64,000 nt of DNA from Gammaproteobacteria bacterium (GCA_965238225.1 OZ250183.1:1408001-1472000); one strand, 5' to 3'; positions 51,476-62,778 are shown, counted from the first letter of the stretch. Program-made: numbers and translations. Notes: generated by a model not told the origin, from the letters alone.

Positions 51476-52093
51476 CTATTTCTCTACTTGAAAAATAATC
51501 TTTGTGCGCACACCCGATACTTCAATAGGCTTACCATCGACAACACGCGGCTTGTATTTATAACGTGCGGCAGATTTGATTGCAGCCCTGTTAAAGATAC
51601 CTACCGGCTTTGCCTCAATCACGATTGGATCTCTTACTGTGCCTTGTTTGGTTACGGTATATTCGACGATAACATAACCTTCAATACCTCTGCGCAGAGC
51701 GTGTCTTGGATATTGTGGCGCTATTTTAACAATGGGCAAATATTCGCCGTCGGTTGCCTGCAGCCCTGCGCCAATATTTAAATCCAATCTTGCTCGTATC
51801 CTCCCCGCGACAATATTACCAACCACGGCATTGCCATCAATCTTGTCAAAATCCTGTTCTGGGATCTCCGGCGGCGGTGTCTCATCCACTTCCGGTTTCT
51901 CTGGTTTTTCAACTAGGCGCTGCGTTTGGATTTCGACTTCAGGCATAAGAACATTAGGCAATTTGATGCGCTTTTCTGCATCCGGACTTTTACCTGAAAA
52001 TTTAATCAAGCTCACCATTAATAATATTAATAATGCTGTAACAAAAGCCGCTTGTAGTACGACAAACAGTATTCTTAGTATATTATCTCTCAT
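51476..52093 (-). CDS. tonB: Energy transducer TonB
   Basis: N-terminal TM helix, Pro/Glu linker, PQYPRHALRRGIEGYV and YKYKPRVVDG C-domain; start uncertain (52093 or 52117). Confidence 0.9.
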   Translation of the reverse strand: MRDNILRILFVVLQAAFVTALLILLMVSLIKFSGKSPDAEKRIKLPNVLMPEVEIQTQRLVEKPEKPEVDETPPPEIPEQDFDKIDGNAVVGNIVAGRIRARLDLNIGAGLQATDGEYLPIVKIAPQYPRHALRRGIEGYVIVEYTVTKQGTVRDPIVIEAKPVGIFNRAAIKSAARYKYKPRVVDGKPIEVSGVRTKIIFQVEK

Positions 52094-52133
52094 AATGATA
52101 ATATCACTTTCTATCATTTTTTTTACATAGCAT

Positions 52134-52553
52134 TTAGTTAGATTGCTCTGTGGCGAGTGATATCTTTTCATGAGCAACTACTTTCCGGGCAGCGTCCAAT
52201 ACCTCCGTAAAAGTTTTGACTGAAGCTAATTCATCGGCCTTTATCACAATCCCACCCTCTGGGTTCTCAGCATGCAATCGTTCAATGTTCGCATGTACCG
52301 AACGTACATCAACACGACGTTTATCAATCCAGATACTATTATCGGCACTGATTGCCACTAACATGGTTGTGTTGTCTTTTTGACTAGATGTATTGGCATC
52401 GGGTCGATTGACCTCCACTCCGGCTTCCTTCACAAAAGTGGCTGTCACAATAAAGAAGATCAACATGATAAATACCACGTCCAACATTGGCGTTAAATCT
52501 ACCGCACCTTCATCTTCACCCGCTGTATCGTAACTAAAGCTTCGTCTTCTCAT
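52134..52553 (-). CDS. exbD: Biopolymer transporter ExbD
   Basis: DLTPMLDVVFIMLIFFIVT motif. Confidence 0.93.
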   Translation of the reverse strand: MRRRSFSYDTAGEDEGAVDLTPMLDVVFIMLIFFIVTATFVKEAGVEVNRPDANTSSQKDNTTMLVAISADNSIWIDKRRVDVRSVHANIERLHAENPEGGIVIKADELASVKTFTEVLDAARKVVAHEKISLATEQSN

Positions 52554-53086
52554 AATGAGTAATCCATCGTTAAATGCTCTTCAATTAATTTTTTTTCACA
52601 TGCAGCTTTCTGACTAATGTAAATATTTGCAAAAACCCCCGATAAAGCGGCAACCATCCCAGCCATAGTAGGTATAGTTGCACGTGATATGCCGCCTGCC
52701 ATGGCCTTTGGATCACTGCCACCTGTAATCGATAAAATGGTGAAGACATCGATCATACCGGTCACGGTGCCGAGTAATCCGAACAGAGGACAGATAGCAA
52801 TCATTGTTTTAATGAGTGAAAGATTTTTATCAATCTTGATGCGCATTTCAGATATGAGTTTGTCGCGTATCGCACGTGCTGCCCAAGAACACCGTTCAGC
52901 ACGCGATTCCCAAGCGCGGATGGCTTGCTTGGCATCATGTTGATAGAAGATGAAGTAATACCAGAACCGTTCCAACATCAAGACCCACATCACAAAGGTC
53001 AATACAGCAATCAAATACAAAACTGGGCCGCCGGAATTAAAAAATTTATTAATGGCCTCTTGTGCATCTAGTAAATACAATAGCAT
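52550..53086 (-). CDS. exbB: MotA/TolQ/ExbB proton channel protein (ExbB2-like)
   Basis: PLFGLLGTVTGMI and AGGISRATIPTMAG motifs. Confidence 0.85.
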   Translation of the reverse strand: MLLYLLDAQEAINKFFNSGGPVLYLIAVLTFVMWVLMLERFWYYFIFYQHDAKQAIRAWESRAERCSWAARAIRDKLISEMRIKIDKNLSLIKTMIAICPLFGLLGTVTGMIDVFTILSITGGSDPKAMAGGISRATIPTMAGMVAALSGVFANIYISQKAACEKKLIEEHLTMDYSL

Positions 53087-53114
53087 GGTCAGGATCTCCT
53101 GTTATTCCAGTAAT

Positions 53115-54491
53115 TTACTGACCCGCCCGTTCAGCAACAATGCCGGCACTTTGTTCTTCCAAAATATGTAACAGTTTTTTTGCCTTACCATTTAACAGGG
53201 TGTGCAACAACAGAGTGGGTATCGCAACGATTAAACCTAATACAGTTGTCACCAAGGCGCTAGAAATACCGCCAGCCATAGCCTTTGGATCACCAGCACC
53301 ATAAATAGTAATCGCTTGAAAGACGATGATCATCCCTGTCACCGTACCTAAAAGACCTAATAAGGGTGCTACCATCGCAATAATTTTCAACAGCGATAAG
53401 CCTGATCGAATCTCGGGGGTTTCTTTCAAGATTGCTTCCCCCATATGTAACTCCAAGCTTTCTGTATGCGAGTCCCGATTGTCTCCAGCAACCTTAAGAA
53501 TACGACCCAATGGGTTATCTAAATTTACCTCTCTACTGTTTAATTGGCTGCGCATTTTCGTAGAAATTAAGCTTAATATTACAAAGCGCCATAATGCTAT
53601 AAATATTGCAAAAATACCGACGCACGTAATGATATAGCCGACCTGTCGACCTTGATGCCAACGCTCTGTAAGCGTCGGGGTATTGATGATGGCCTTTAAA
53701 AACGCACCGCCAGCAGAACCAGTTGGGTCAATACCAACCGCAACAACACCAGAGGAAGATGCTTGTAATTTCTGGATATTTTTAGAAAAGCCGACTGGTT
53801 GCCGAGGAAGCTCTGACACACTATGTGTGTTAGAGTCATAAGCTAAATAATCACCATTAGAAACAAGGTTGAATAAACCAATACGCACAATTTCACGCTC
53901 TTTTTCAGTTCCTACGGTTGCAGGATATTTGACCACACGACCCGACTCTGTCAGCTCAAGATGTAGCTCAAACCAGACCCGTTCAATTTCTTCTAAACTG
54001 GGCAAATCAGTATTGCTACTCATCTTCTTAATCAATCTGTTCAAAAACGCTTCCCTGTCCGGGTACTGACTTGTTGTAACAGAGTTACGAAAACGACTGC
54101 TCATATCACCTGCAGCACCTGTTAGGTGCCCAAATAATTCTTTTAGTGAACCCAGTCGATCATTGCGTTGCTGGCGTTTTTCTTCAATCAATATTTCATT
54201 TGCATTAAAACGTTTCTCCAGTATGGCACTTTTTGTTTCGAGCGCTTTTATATCTTCCGTGGCTTTGTTAATTCGCGCGATCTGTTGTGCTCTCTCAGCG
54301 ATAAACGCTTGTTCGCGTTTCTTATTATCAGCCGCATCTTTGGAACGACCTTCTTTCACTTGTTGCAATAGTTGATCCATTGATAAAACATCATTTGCAG
54401 CAAAGCTTGCAAACGGTACATTTATAATCAATGCAAATAAGGCAAGTTTTTTAATCATTAAGAAACGCATTGCCTCACATAGGTTTTTCAT
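53115..54491 (-). CDS. Large MotA/TolQ/ExbB family protein (TtpC-like)
   Basis: Periplasmic coiled-coil N-domain plus APLLGLLGTVTGMI...GGISSALVTTVLGL. Confidence 0.87.
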   Translation of the reverse strand: MKNLCEAMRFLMIKKLALFALIINVPFASFAANDVLSMDQLLQQVKEGRSKDAADNKKREQAFIAERAQQIARINKATEDIKALETKSAILEKRFNANEILIEEKRQQRNDRLGSLKELFGHLTGAAGDMSSRFRNSVTTSQYPDREAFLNRLIKKMSSNTDLPSLEEIERVWFELHLELTESGRVVKYPATVGTEKEREIVRIGLFNLVSNGDYLAYDSNTHSVSELPRQPVGFSKNIQKLQASSSGVVAVGIDPTGSAGGAFLKAIINTPTLTERWHQGRQVGYIITCVGIFAIFIALWRFVILSLISTKMRSQLNSREVNLDNPLGRILKVAGDNRDSHTESLELHMGEAILKETPEIRSGLSLLKIIAMVAPLLGLLGTVTGMIIVFQAITIYGAGDPKAMAGGISSALVTTVLGLIVAIPTLLLHTLLNGKAKKLLHILEEQSAGIVAERAGQ

Positions 54492-55285
54492 CGAACCGCC
54501 TTCGGTGCGGCAATTGGCAAGGTCAATATATCAATTGAGGTCTGTTTTTTCGCCATCTTAATGCCCTGACGTATCGCATTACGATATGTTGCGTTATCGA
54601 GCAACTCCCACGTCTCACTATTGTGATCCCAGCGCGCAGAATTTTTTGTATCTTTAGATTGACACACCATAGCGATACGTCCAACACGAAGAACATTTAC
54701 CTCTTGCTCGGTACCATTCAAGGTCACGATATCCTGATACGTATCTATTTTGCGTCCGTATTCATTTTCGATTTGATAGGCTTCAATAACCTGCCGAAAT
54801 TTCTCCGAAACATCAACATCAGCAGCGGTAAGGCTATCTTGTACAAAGGCCATTCGTTCTTTGCGCTCTGCGACATGAAAAGGAATATCTAACTCAACGT
54901 AATCAGTCAAACTATCTGCCATCTTTGTCAACAAAGGCAACATTTGTCGTTCTATCAAAGCCACTTGTGCGATTGACTCATCAAAACGCTTTATCAAGTT
55001 TTCCTGACCAGCTGCTTGGGTTGATAACTGTTCATTGTAAACCTTCAAACCTTCAATTTGTTTCAACAATGCACGATATTTAATTAAGCGCTCCTGTGCG
55101 CCTTCAACAATCTTGTCTATTTTTATTTGTGACTGTTCTGCTTCTCTTAGTTTTTTCTCACCTATTTTCTGGATTTCTTCAAGCTGTCTCGCTTGCGCAC
55201 TAATAGAGATGGATATAAAAATTAGATATCCGCTGAACATGAAGAATAATCGATTACTTTTTTTACGCATCATAATCAACCTCAA
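54488..55285 (-). CDS. DUF3450 (TtpB-like) periplasmic protein
   Basis: DIPF...ER...SEKFRQVIEAYQIENEYG...LRVGRIA; first gene of the TonB2-type operon. Confidence 0.85.
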   Translation of the reverse strand: MRLIMMRKKSNRLFFMFSGYLIFISISISAQARQLEEIQKIGEKKLREAEQSQIKIDKIVEGAQERLIKYRALLKQIEGLKVYNEQLSTQAAGQENLIKRFDESIAQVALIERQMLPLLTKMADSLTDYVELDIPFHVAERKERMAFVQDSLTAADVDVSEKFRQVIEAYQIENEYGRKIDTYQDIVTLNGTEQEVNVLRVGRIAMVCQSKDTKNSARWDHNSETWELLDNATYRNAIRQGIKMAKKQTSIDILTLPIAAPKAVR

Positions 55286-55943
55286 TTTTTAACTGCATTT
55301 ACGCATTATAATTTACGCATTATAATTGATGAATTGTATTTATAAATTATAGACTTTAAAACTCTTATAACAATGATTTAATGAAACCGCTTTTTTAGCT
55401 TTTTTCCCTGCTTAACATAAATATAGTAGCACTCCCAAATTATCCAGTCTAACCGGTTTTGGTAAAGTTAACTAATTTAGACCGTTACAAACAACGAGTT
55501 TTCTATTTATAACGCTGCTGAGTTCTTTCAAGACGCAAAGGTATCTTGTCTAAGAGATCGGTAGTGATTGGCTGAAATCAGGTGACGCCCTAGATTAAAT
55601 AAGTTACACACCGCAGCTATGTACATTCAAGAAAACATTTTCTTTATTTCTTAGTTTATTGCCTTCTTCGAATAATTCATGAAGATACGGATGATTTAAT
55701 TCGACATAGTCCAAATTCAGCACACTTTAATGGCAATAGCAAGTTTTACACTTTTTTTTAGCCCCAAAGAGTTCTGATTGGATCAAATGAATTTTATTTC
55801 TTTACTAAAATATTTTCCTGAATTATATGTGCAATCTCGATATTCAGCCGAATGATGATAGTCATTGTTGCCAAAAAATACTGATAAAAAGCCCCATAAT
55901 TATCTCCTGTAATCCAGCTTACACCTCAACCTCTATCGAGCGA

Positions 55944-56450
55944 TCAATGCGCCTGACAGACGTTTGTTTGAAATTCGAGCCGTTGAGTCTTACCAAGTAC
56001 CTGCAATAGTAAAATCACTCGCTGCTCGTCACAAGATAACACCTCGGCAGACACACCCCTAAAGAATCCTTCGGTCACCTGCACTAGATCGCCTTTTTTG
56101 AAAGGGGTCAAAACCTGCCTCATCTCGCTGCGGACAGCCTCCACACGGCGTATATCGCTAATAAGCGCCTCGCTCGCCATCGCAGTCTCGTTTCCAAAAT
56201 GTACTAATTGGCTAACACCGCGGGTAGAACGTACTGGAGTCATGGCTTGCTCGGGATAGCTGGGGCGAATGAACAAGTAGCGGGGAAACATTGGTAACTG
56301 CACCCGCCGCCAGACTCCACGCTGCTTTTTAAGATCCAGCCACTGCGGCAAATACGCACAAAAACTCTGCCGTACCAAGTGATCATAAGCCTCCCGCTCC
56401 ATTCTTGGCTTGGTCATTACAACAAACCAGTTATTATTAAAACTCATCAC
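55944..56450 (-). CDS. rfaH: Transcription antiterminator RfaH (NusG paralogue)
   Basis: WFVVMTKPRME...HLVRQ...PMFPRYLF...VRSTRGVSQLVHFG; KOW-like C-domain; divergent from an ops-bearing operon. Confidence 0.88.
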   Translation of the reverse strand: MMSFNNNWFVVMTKPRMEREAYDHLVRQSFCAYLPQWLDLKKQRGVWRRVQLPMFPRYLFIRPSYPEQAMTPVRSTRGVSQLVHFGNETAMASEALISDIRRVEAVRSEMRQVLTPFKKGDLVQVTEGFFRGVSAEVLSCDEQRVILLLQVLGKTQRLEFQTNVCQAH

Positions 56451-56650
56451 AAACTTTAATTATCTCCCTATTTTGATTTTCATTATTTCATGAAATAGAC
56501 AAATCACCCAAAAAATAAATACAAATTTGCCAAAGCGTTCATGACGCAAACAACGTAAAAAAATAAAGCCATGAACACAAATCCAAACCACCTTGCTCGC
56601 TTCAGCCAAAAAAGCCCGCAGGTCGTTTGCTATGACCGCGTTCCTTCACA

Positions 56651-56680
56651 TTGCAAAGCGACTCTGGGTAATGCTATCAT
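56651..56680 (+). promoter_or_regulatory. Putative sigma70 promoter of the polysaccharide operon
   Basis: TTGCAA-18 nt-TATCAT with an extended -10 TG, ~100 nt upstream of ops. Confidence 0.5.
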
Positions 56681-56776
56681 GTTCAACGTCGAACATATGC
56701 AATCAATCTTGATATAAGCGCTTGATTTCTCGGCCATTCGGGCATTCCAACTGGGCTTGCGTACACTGCATGTCAT

Positions 56777-56788
56777 GGCGGTAGCGTG
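56777..56788 (+). promoter_or_regulatory. ops element (RfaH loading site)
   Basis: GGCGGTAGCGTG, an exact match to the GGCGGTAGnnTG consensus, in the operon leader. Confidence 0.9.
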
Positions 56789-56968
56789 CCTGAATCTCTA
56801 AGAGGGATAGCAATACAACTCAAAGAGTAAAGATTCACTCCTTCGGTATAGCTAAAAGATTCTACCGCAAGCTTACGTCGATATAAAAAAATCAGATGTA
56901 TCGACAAAAAACCAAAAATGTAAACAAATGCTACGAGACTAAATACATTTACTGCAAACTGCCAACTA

Positions 56969-57331
56969 ATGACTGTCCACTCAAATGAAGACACCTGCTT
57001 TAGGTTGCTTCGCCTACTACAAGAAAAACCTGATTTGACTCAGCGCGAGATCGCAACGCGGCTCGGCTTAAGTCTCGGCGGTGTGAATTACTGCCTGCGC
57101 GCCTTGACCGATAAAGGCCTAGTCAAAATCCAGAACTTTCGCAAAAGCAAAAACAAGATGGGCTACGTCTATCTGCTCACACCACGCGGCATCAGTGAAA
57201 AGATAGCATTAACGGAATCCTTTCTGGGACGAAAGATGCACGAATACGAAACTTTGAAGGCAGAGATTGCTGCGCTCAAACATGAGATGGGCGAACCCCA
57301 CACAAGGCAAACACCTAAAAAGAATACATGA
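56969..57331 (+). CDS. MarR-family EPS-associated transcriptional regulator
   Basis: TQREIATRLGLSLGGVNYCLRAL...KGLVKIQNF...YVYLLTPRG; heads a polysaccharide cluster. Confidence 0.9.
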   Translation: MTVHSNEDTCFRLLRLLQEKPDLTQREIATRLGLSLGGVNYCLRALTDKGLVKIQNFRKSKNKMGYVYLLTPRGISEKIALTESFLGRKMHEYETLKAEIAALKHEMGEPHTRQTPKKNT

Positions 57332-57405
57332 AAATTGCGATAATCGGTACAAGCGTATGTAGAGTGCAGGCTGTGTAGAAGCGATTCTAAGACTATATAA
57401 AGGCA

Positions 57406-58710
57406 ATGAAAAAAGAACTTATTCATAAATTCGAGAATAAATCCGCAGTGATCGGCATTCTTGGTCTTGGTTATGTCGGTCTGCCATTGATGCTGCGTTA
57501 TACCGAAGTGGGCTACAAAGTTCTAGGTATCGACATTGATGCCAAGAAAGTCGCAAGGCTCATGTTGGGAAAGAGCCACATCGAGCACATTCCCTCTGAA
57601 AAGATTAAAAATATGCTTAGCAAAGGTTTCGAGGCAACTACTGATTTCTCTCGCACTGGCGAAGCCGATGCCCTAATCTTGTGTGTACCGACACCGCTGA
57701 ATAAATACCGCGAGCCAGACTTAAGCTTTGTCACGGACACCACCGATATGATTGTGCCGTATTTGCACAAAGGCCAAGTGCTCTCGCTTGAAAGCACGAC
57801 TTATCCAGGCACGACTGAAGAAGAGCTGTTGCCACGCGTCGAATCTACAGGGCTTGAGGTCGGCAATAATATCTTCCTCGTCTATTCCCCCGAGCGTGAA
57901 GACCCGGGCAATCCAAACTTTGAGACACGCACCATCCCCAAGGTCGTCGGCGGTCATACCCCCGCGTGCCTTGAAGTGGGTATTGCGCTGTACTCGTCCG
58001 CGATCAATCAAGTGGTATCGGTGAGTTCAACCAAAGCGGCAGAGATGACCAAATTGCTCGAGAATATTCATCGCGCCGTGAATATTGGTCTTGTGAATGA
58101 AATGAAAATCGTGGCGGATCGCATGGACATTGACATACATGAAGTGATCCGTGCGGCATCAACCAAACCCTTTGGTTTTACACCGTATTATCCGGGCCCG
58201 GGCTTGGGAGGTCACTGTATTCCAATCGATCCGTTTTATTTTACCTGGAAGGCACGCGAATACGATTTCAATACGCGTTTTATTGAGCTTGCCGGCGAGG
58301 TCAACACTAACATGCCACGTTGGGTAATGGGTAAGGTGATGGATGCGCTCAACGAACGCGGTAAATCGCTCAAAGGCGCTAAGATATTAGTGCTCGGCAT
58401 TGCCTACAAAAAAAACGTAGGCGACATGCGCGAATCGCCAGCCGTCAAACTCATGGAGTTCCTTCAAGAAAAAGGTGCCGCCATCGACTATACCGACCCG
58501 CACGTACCGACCTTCCCCAAGATGCGTGCGCATCATTTTAATCTAAAGAGCATTGACCCAAGGCCTGAAAAAGTTGCGCAATATGACCTGCTTTTGCTGG
58601 TCACTGATCATGCAAAGTTTGACTACGCAATGTTCCAAAAGCATGCGCAGCTGATCGTCGATACGCGCGGTGTCTATACCCATCCTACAGCCAATATCGT
58701 GCAGGCATAA
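57406..58710 (+). CDS. wbpA: UDP-N-acetylglucosamine 6-dehydrogenase (WbpA-like)
   Basis: [26 protein letters not shown] and GGHCIPIDP motifs; cluster context. Confidence 0.85.
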   Translation: MKKELIHKFENKSAVIGILGLGYVGLPLMLRYTEVGYKVLGIDIDAKKVARLMLGKSHIEHIPSEKIKNMLSKGFEATTDFSRTGEADALILCVPTPLNKYREPDLSFVTDTTDMIVPYLHKGQVLSLESTTYPGTTEEELLPRVESTGLEVGNNIFLVYSPEREDPGNPNFETRTIPKVVGGHTPACLEVGIALYSSAINQVVSVSSTKAAEMTKLLENIHRAVNIGLVNEMKIVADRMDIDIHEVIRAASTKPFGFTPYYPGPGLGGHCIPIDPFYFTWKAREYDFNTRFIELAGEVNTNMPRWVMGKVMDALNERGKSLKGAKILVLGIAYKKNVGDMRESPAVKLMEFLQEKGAAIDYTDPHVPTFPKMRAHHFNLKSIDPRPEKVAQYDLLLLVTDHAKFDYAMFQKHAQLIVDTRGVYTHPTANIVQA

Positions 58711-58713
58711 CCC

Positions 58714-59763
58714 ATGTATCCAATCATTAAAAACCGCAAAATCCGTCTCGCTGTCGTTGGCTGTGGCCGTATTTCCCGCAATCATTTCGGTTCTATCGAA
58801 AAACATACTGACAACGTGGAACTCGCCGCAGTCTGTGACACCAATCCGCAAACGCTCGCCGAACATACTAAGCAATACAAAGTCGCCGGCTATCGCTCAA
58901 TGGAGGAGATGTTAAAAAAGGAGCAGTTGGATATAGTCACACTCTGTACGCCAAGCGGCATCCATCCTGACCAAGCTGTGCTCGCAGCCAAATACGGCAT
59001 CAATGTGATGACCGAAAAGCCGATGGCCACGCGTTGGCAGGACGGTATACGCATGGTGCGTGCCTGTGATGAAGTAAATGTTCGTCTGTTTGTGGTCAAA
59101 CAAAACCGCCGCAACGCAACGCTACAACTCTTAAAGCGTGCCGTCGAAGAAAAACGCTTCGGCAAGATTTATATGGTGCATCTCAATGTGTTTTGGACTC
59201 GACCACAGGAATATTACGATCAAGCCAAATGGCGCGGTACTTGGGAATTCGATGGCGGCGCATTTATGAACCAAGCCAGCCATTATATCGATCTATTCGA
59301 CTGGCTCATTGGCCCGGTCGATAAAGTACAAGCTATGATGAACACCACGCGCGATATCGAAGTCGAAGACACGGGCGTGCTCAATATCAAATGGCGCAGC
59401 GGCACGCTGGGCTCGATGAGCGTGACTATGCTCACTTACTCAAAGAACCTCGAAGGCAGCATTATCATCCTCGGTGAAAAGGGTACGGTGCGCATTGGAG
59501 GTGTCGCGGCCAATGATATCCAGCTCTGGCAATTTGACGAACAAAAAGACTATGATCAACAAATCGAAAAAGCCAACTATGAAACTACCTCGGTCTACGG
59601 GTTTGGTCATCCCCTTTATTATAAAAATGTGATCGATGTCTTGCGCGGTGAGGCTGAGCCAGAGACGGATGGACGAGAGGGACTTAAATCCCTTGAGCTT
59701 CTTATTGCAGCCTATCTCTCTGCACGCGACGGTAACACAGTCTCGCTGCCACTGAAATACTGA
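58714..59763 (+). CDS. wbpB: UDP-GlcNAcA 3-dehydrogenase, Gfo/Idh/MocA family (WbpB/WlbA-like)
   Basis: GCGRI, EKPMA, VKQNR and WRGTWEFDGGAFMNQASH motifs. Confidence 0.82.
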   Translation: MYPIIKNRKIRLAVVGCGRISRNHFGSIEKHTDNVELAAVCDTNPQTLAEHTKQYKVAGYRSMEEMLKKEQLDIVTLCTPSGIHPDQAVLAAKYGINVMTEKPMATRWQDGIRMVRACDEVNVRLFVVKQNRRNATLQLLKRAVEEKRFGKIYMVHLNVFWTRPQEYYDQAKWRGTWEFDGGAFMNQASHYIDLFDWLIGPVDKVQAMMNTTRDIEVEDTGVLNIKWRSGTLGSMSVTMLTYSKNLEGSIIILGEKGTVRIGGVAANDIQLWQFDEQKDYDQQIEKANYETTSVYGFGHPLYYKNVIDVLRGEAEPETDGREGLKSLELLIAAYLSARDGNTVSLPLKY

Positions 59764-59766
59764 GGT

Positions 59767-60348
59767 ATGAATTACCAAATTCATGAAACCGCCATTATTG
59801 ATGAGGGCGCGCAAATCGGTGAAGGAACCCGCATCTGGCACTGGGCGCATGTCTGCTGTGGCGCAAAAATCGGTAAAGATGTCTCCCTTGGTCAGAATGT
59901 CTTCGTCGGCGATAAGGTTATCATTGGTAACCGCTGCAAAATTCAGAACAACGTCTCGGTGTACGATAATGTCACTCTTGAAGACGGTGTCTTCTGTGGT
60001 CCTAGCATGGTGTTTACTAATGTCTACAATCCGCGGGCGTTTATCGACAGAAAGGAGCAATACCGCGACACACTCGTTCAGAAAGGCGCGACACTCGGCG
60101 CCAACTGCACCATCATCTGCGGTGTAACTATTGGCGAATACGCCTTCATCGCCGCTGGCGCCACAGTGAATAAAAATGTGAATCCCTACGCGCTGATGGT
60201 CGGCGTTCCTGCGCGCCAAGCAGGCTGGATGAGTAAAGACGGCGAGCAGATCCCACTACCTCTGGCTGGAGAAGGGGAATACACCTGCCAAAATACTGGC
60301 CAGCTTTATCGCCTTCAGGGAAACAATTTAGTGGTCATCGAAACATGA
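59767..60348 (+). CDS. wbpD: UDP-GlcNAc3NA N-acetyltransferase (WbpD/WlbB-like)
   Basis: Hexapeptide repeats; KIQNNVSVY and [13 protein letters not shown] motifs. Confidence 0.87.
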   Translation: MNYQIHETAIIDEGAQIGEGTRIWHWAHVCCGAKIGKDVSLGQNVFVGDKVIIGNRCKIQNNVSVYDNVTLEDGVFCGPSMVFTNVYNPRAFIDRKEQYRDTLVQKGATLGANCTIICGVTIGEYAFIAAGATVNKNVNPYALMVGVPARQAGWMSKDGEQIPLPLAGEGEYTCQNTGQLYRLQGNNLVVIET

Positions 60349-61451
60349 GCATTCCTTTTATCGATCTTAAAACGCAATACGAAGCGCTCAAACCACAGAT
60401 TAAAGAACGCATCAACCAAGTTCTAGAGCATGGCCAGTACATCATGGGACCGGAGGTAAAAGAACTGGAAGATAGTCTACAAGTCTACACCGATGCCAAA
60501 CACTGTATTACTGTAGCCAGTGGAACTGAAGCACTGCTCATCAGTTTAATGGCGCTGGATATAAGACCAGATGATGAGGTTATCACCACACCATTCACCT
60601 TTGTATCCGCCGCAGAAGTCATTGTTCTGCTGGGCGCCAAACCGGTGTTCGTGGACATTGAACCTGACACCTGCAATATCGATGCAAGCCAGATCGAAGC
60701 CAAGATCACCTCTAAAACCAAGGCCATCATGCCAGTCAGCTTGTATGGCCAGCCATCTGACATGGACGAGATCAACGCCATCGCTGCCCGCAACGGTAAT
60801 ATTCCAGTGATCGAAGATGCCGCGCAAAGCTTCGGCGCCGTCTATAAGGGCAAAAAGAGTTGTAAACTCTCCACCATCGGCTGCACCAGCTTCTTTCCCA
60901 GTAAACCACTGGGTGGTTATGGTGATGGCGGTGCCATCTTCACTAGCGACGATGCTATCGCCCAGGCTTGTCAGGAAATCCGCACCCACGGCCAAAGCCA
61001 ACACTATCTGCATACTCGTATCGGTGTGGGTGGGCGCATGGATACGCTGCAATGTGCTATCGTGCTGGCCAAGCTGGAGCGCTTCGAATGGGAAATAGAA
61101 CAACGCATTGCAATCGGACAACGCTACAACAAATTAATGGATGAATCAGGTATTCCGCGTGTCCAGCAGCGCTCAGATCGTACCAGCGTTTTCGCCCAGT
61201 ACACAATCTTCAGTATGAACCGGGAAGTCACACAGGCAAAGGTCAAAGACGCTGGTATTCCAACCGCCGTACATTACCCTGTGCCGCTCAACGAACAGCT
61301 GGCTTATAAAGACTTCTGTTGTTCGGACTGTATGCCCGTCGCTAGAGAAGTATCCAAAAAGGTGATAAGCCTGCCGATAAGTGCGTATCTATCGAGCGCA
61401 GACCAACAAATAGTCTGCAACGCCCTCCTCTTGTTAGAGGATAACAAGTGA
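60345..61451 (+). CDS. wbpE: DegT/DnrJ aminotransferase (WbpE/WlbC-like)
   Basis: [26 protein letters not shown] and SFFPSKPLG motifs. Confidence 0.87.
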   Translation: MSIPFIDLKTQYEALKPQIKERINQVLEHGQYIMGPEVKELEDSLQVYTDAKHCITVASGTEALLISLMALDIRPDDEVITTPFTFVSAAEVIVLLGAKPVFVDIEPDTCNIDASQIEAKITSKTKAIMPVSLYGQPSDMDEINAIAARNGNIPVIEDAAQSFGAVYKGKKSCKLSTIGCTSFFPSKPLGGYGDGGAIFTSDDAIAQACQEIRTHGQSQHYLHTRIGVGGRMDTLQCAIVLAKLERFEWEIEQRIAIGQRYNKLMDESGIPRVQQRSDRTSVFAQYTIFSMNREVTQAKVKDAGIPTAVHYPVPLNEQLAYKDFCCSDCMPVAREVSKKVISLPISAYLSSADQQIVCNALLLLEDNK

Positions 61452-62536
61452 TCAAGATTATCACCATCGTTGGCGCGCGACCGCAGTTCATCAAAGCTGC
61501 TGCTGTTTCACGAGTCATTCAAAACCACTTCGCAGGTTCAATCAATGAAACGCTCGTACACACCGGGCAGCACTACGATGAGAACATGTCTCAAGTCTTT
61601 TTCGATGAACTAAATATTCCCCGTCCCGGCTTTAATCTCGAAATTGCAGGTGGCAGTCATGGCGCAATGACAGGTCGCATGCTGGAAACAATCGAGACAG
61701 TGTTGCTTGCTGAGAAACCGGATTGGGTGCTCATCTACGGTGATACCAATTCTACCTTAGCAGGCGCATTGGCAGCCGCAAAACTACACATTCCGGCGGC
61801 TCACGTCGAGGCTGGCCTCCGCTCCTTTAATATGCATATGCCAGAAGAAGTCAATCGCATAGTTGCTGACCGAGTTTCATCCCTGTTATTTTGTCCGACC
61901 AACACCGCTGTTTCCAATCTGGCTACCGAGGGTATTACCAAGGAAGTCTATAACGTCGGTGATGTGATGTTCGACGTAGCGCTGTATTACCGTGACAAGG
62001 CGAAACAGCATAGCGCAGCTCTGGCAAGATTCGGTTTGCAAGAAGGTAGTTTTGCGCTGGCAACGTGCCACCGCGCGGAAAATACCGATGATTACGATCG
62101 GATAAGCAACATAGTTGCAGCGTTGGGCGAAATTGCAGAGAAACTGCCAGTGATATTTCCCTTGCACCCGCGCACCCGACAAGCGCTCACAGAAAACGAA
62201 CTTTTCAGTGAGCTTGGTAATGTAATGGTAACGGATCCTTTACCCTTTCTAGACATGATGGCACTGGAGCAGTCAGCCAAGTTGATCCTGACGGATTCTG
62301 GCGGTGTTCAAAAAGAAGCTTTTTTCTATGGCATCCCCTGTATCACGATGCGCGATGAGACCGAGTGGGTTGAAACGGTTTTTAGCGGAGCCAATACCTT
62401 GGCAAGCGCATCACAGACAGCTATTCTCACCGCCTTTGACAAGGTAATTCGTGGTCAATCTATGGGCGGGCATAGTCATCAACCCTATGGAGATGGCAAT
62501 GCAGCCAACAAAATTGCATCGATTTTGTTGCAGTAA
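61448..62536 (+). CDS. wbpI: Non-hydrolysing UDP-sugar 2-epimerase (WbpI/WlbD-like, WecB family)
   Basis: GARPQFIK, HTGQHYD, GDTNST, HVEAGLRS and TDSGGVQKEA motifs. Confidence 0.8.
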   Translation: MIKIITIVGARPQFIKAAAVSRVIQNHFAGSINETLVHTGQHYDENMSQVFFDELNIPRPGFNLEIAGGSHGAMTGRMLETIETVLLAEKPDWVLIYGDTNSTLAGALAAAKLHIPAAHVEAGLRSFNMHMPEEVNRIVADRVSSLLFCPTNTAVSNLATEGITKEVYNVGDVMFDVALYYRDKAKQHSAALARFGLQEGSFALATCHRAENTDDYDRISNIVAALGEIAEKLPVIFPLHPRTRQALTENELFSELGNVMVTDPLPFLDMMALEQSAKLILTDSGGVQKEAFFYGIPCITMRDETEWVETVFSGANTLASASQTAILTAFDKVIRGQSMGGHSHQPYGDGNAANKIASILLQ

Positions 62537-62574
62537 CGACTTCTAACTTCATGCTCATTGATTGAGGGATTCTT

Positions 62575-62760
62575 ATGAAAGCATTTGTAACAGGCGGCTT
62601 AGGTCAGGCAGGTTCCCACGTCGTCGAAGTGTTGCTAGCACGGGGTGGCGAAGTGATCGTTGTTGACAACTTGGCAACAGGACGACGGGAACATCTCACC
62701 GACCATTCGAAACTTAAATGTGCCAAAAATATAATAGAAATTTCACTAGAAATTAATTAA
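62575..62760 (+). pseudogene. Truncated NAD-dependent epimerase/dehydratase
   Basis: MKAFVTGGLGQAGSHVVEVLLARG-EVIVVDNLATG is a Rossmann start only; stops at 61 aa. Confidence 0.8.
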
Positions 62761-62778
62761 ATTGCAGGTAACAAACGA

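Noticed and set aside
55640-55940. Specific identity for decayed coding-like sequence downstream of rfaH
   Set aside because: Only short interrupted frames; no family can be supported without a search.
59440-60219. 259-aa minus-strand ORF
   Set aside because: Antisense to well-supported wbpB and wbpD genes, with no recognisable motifs.
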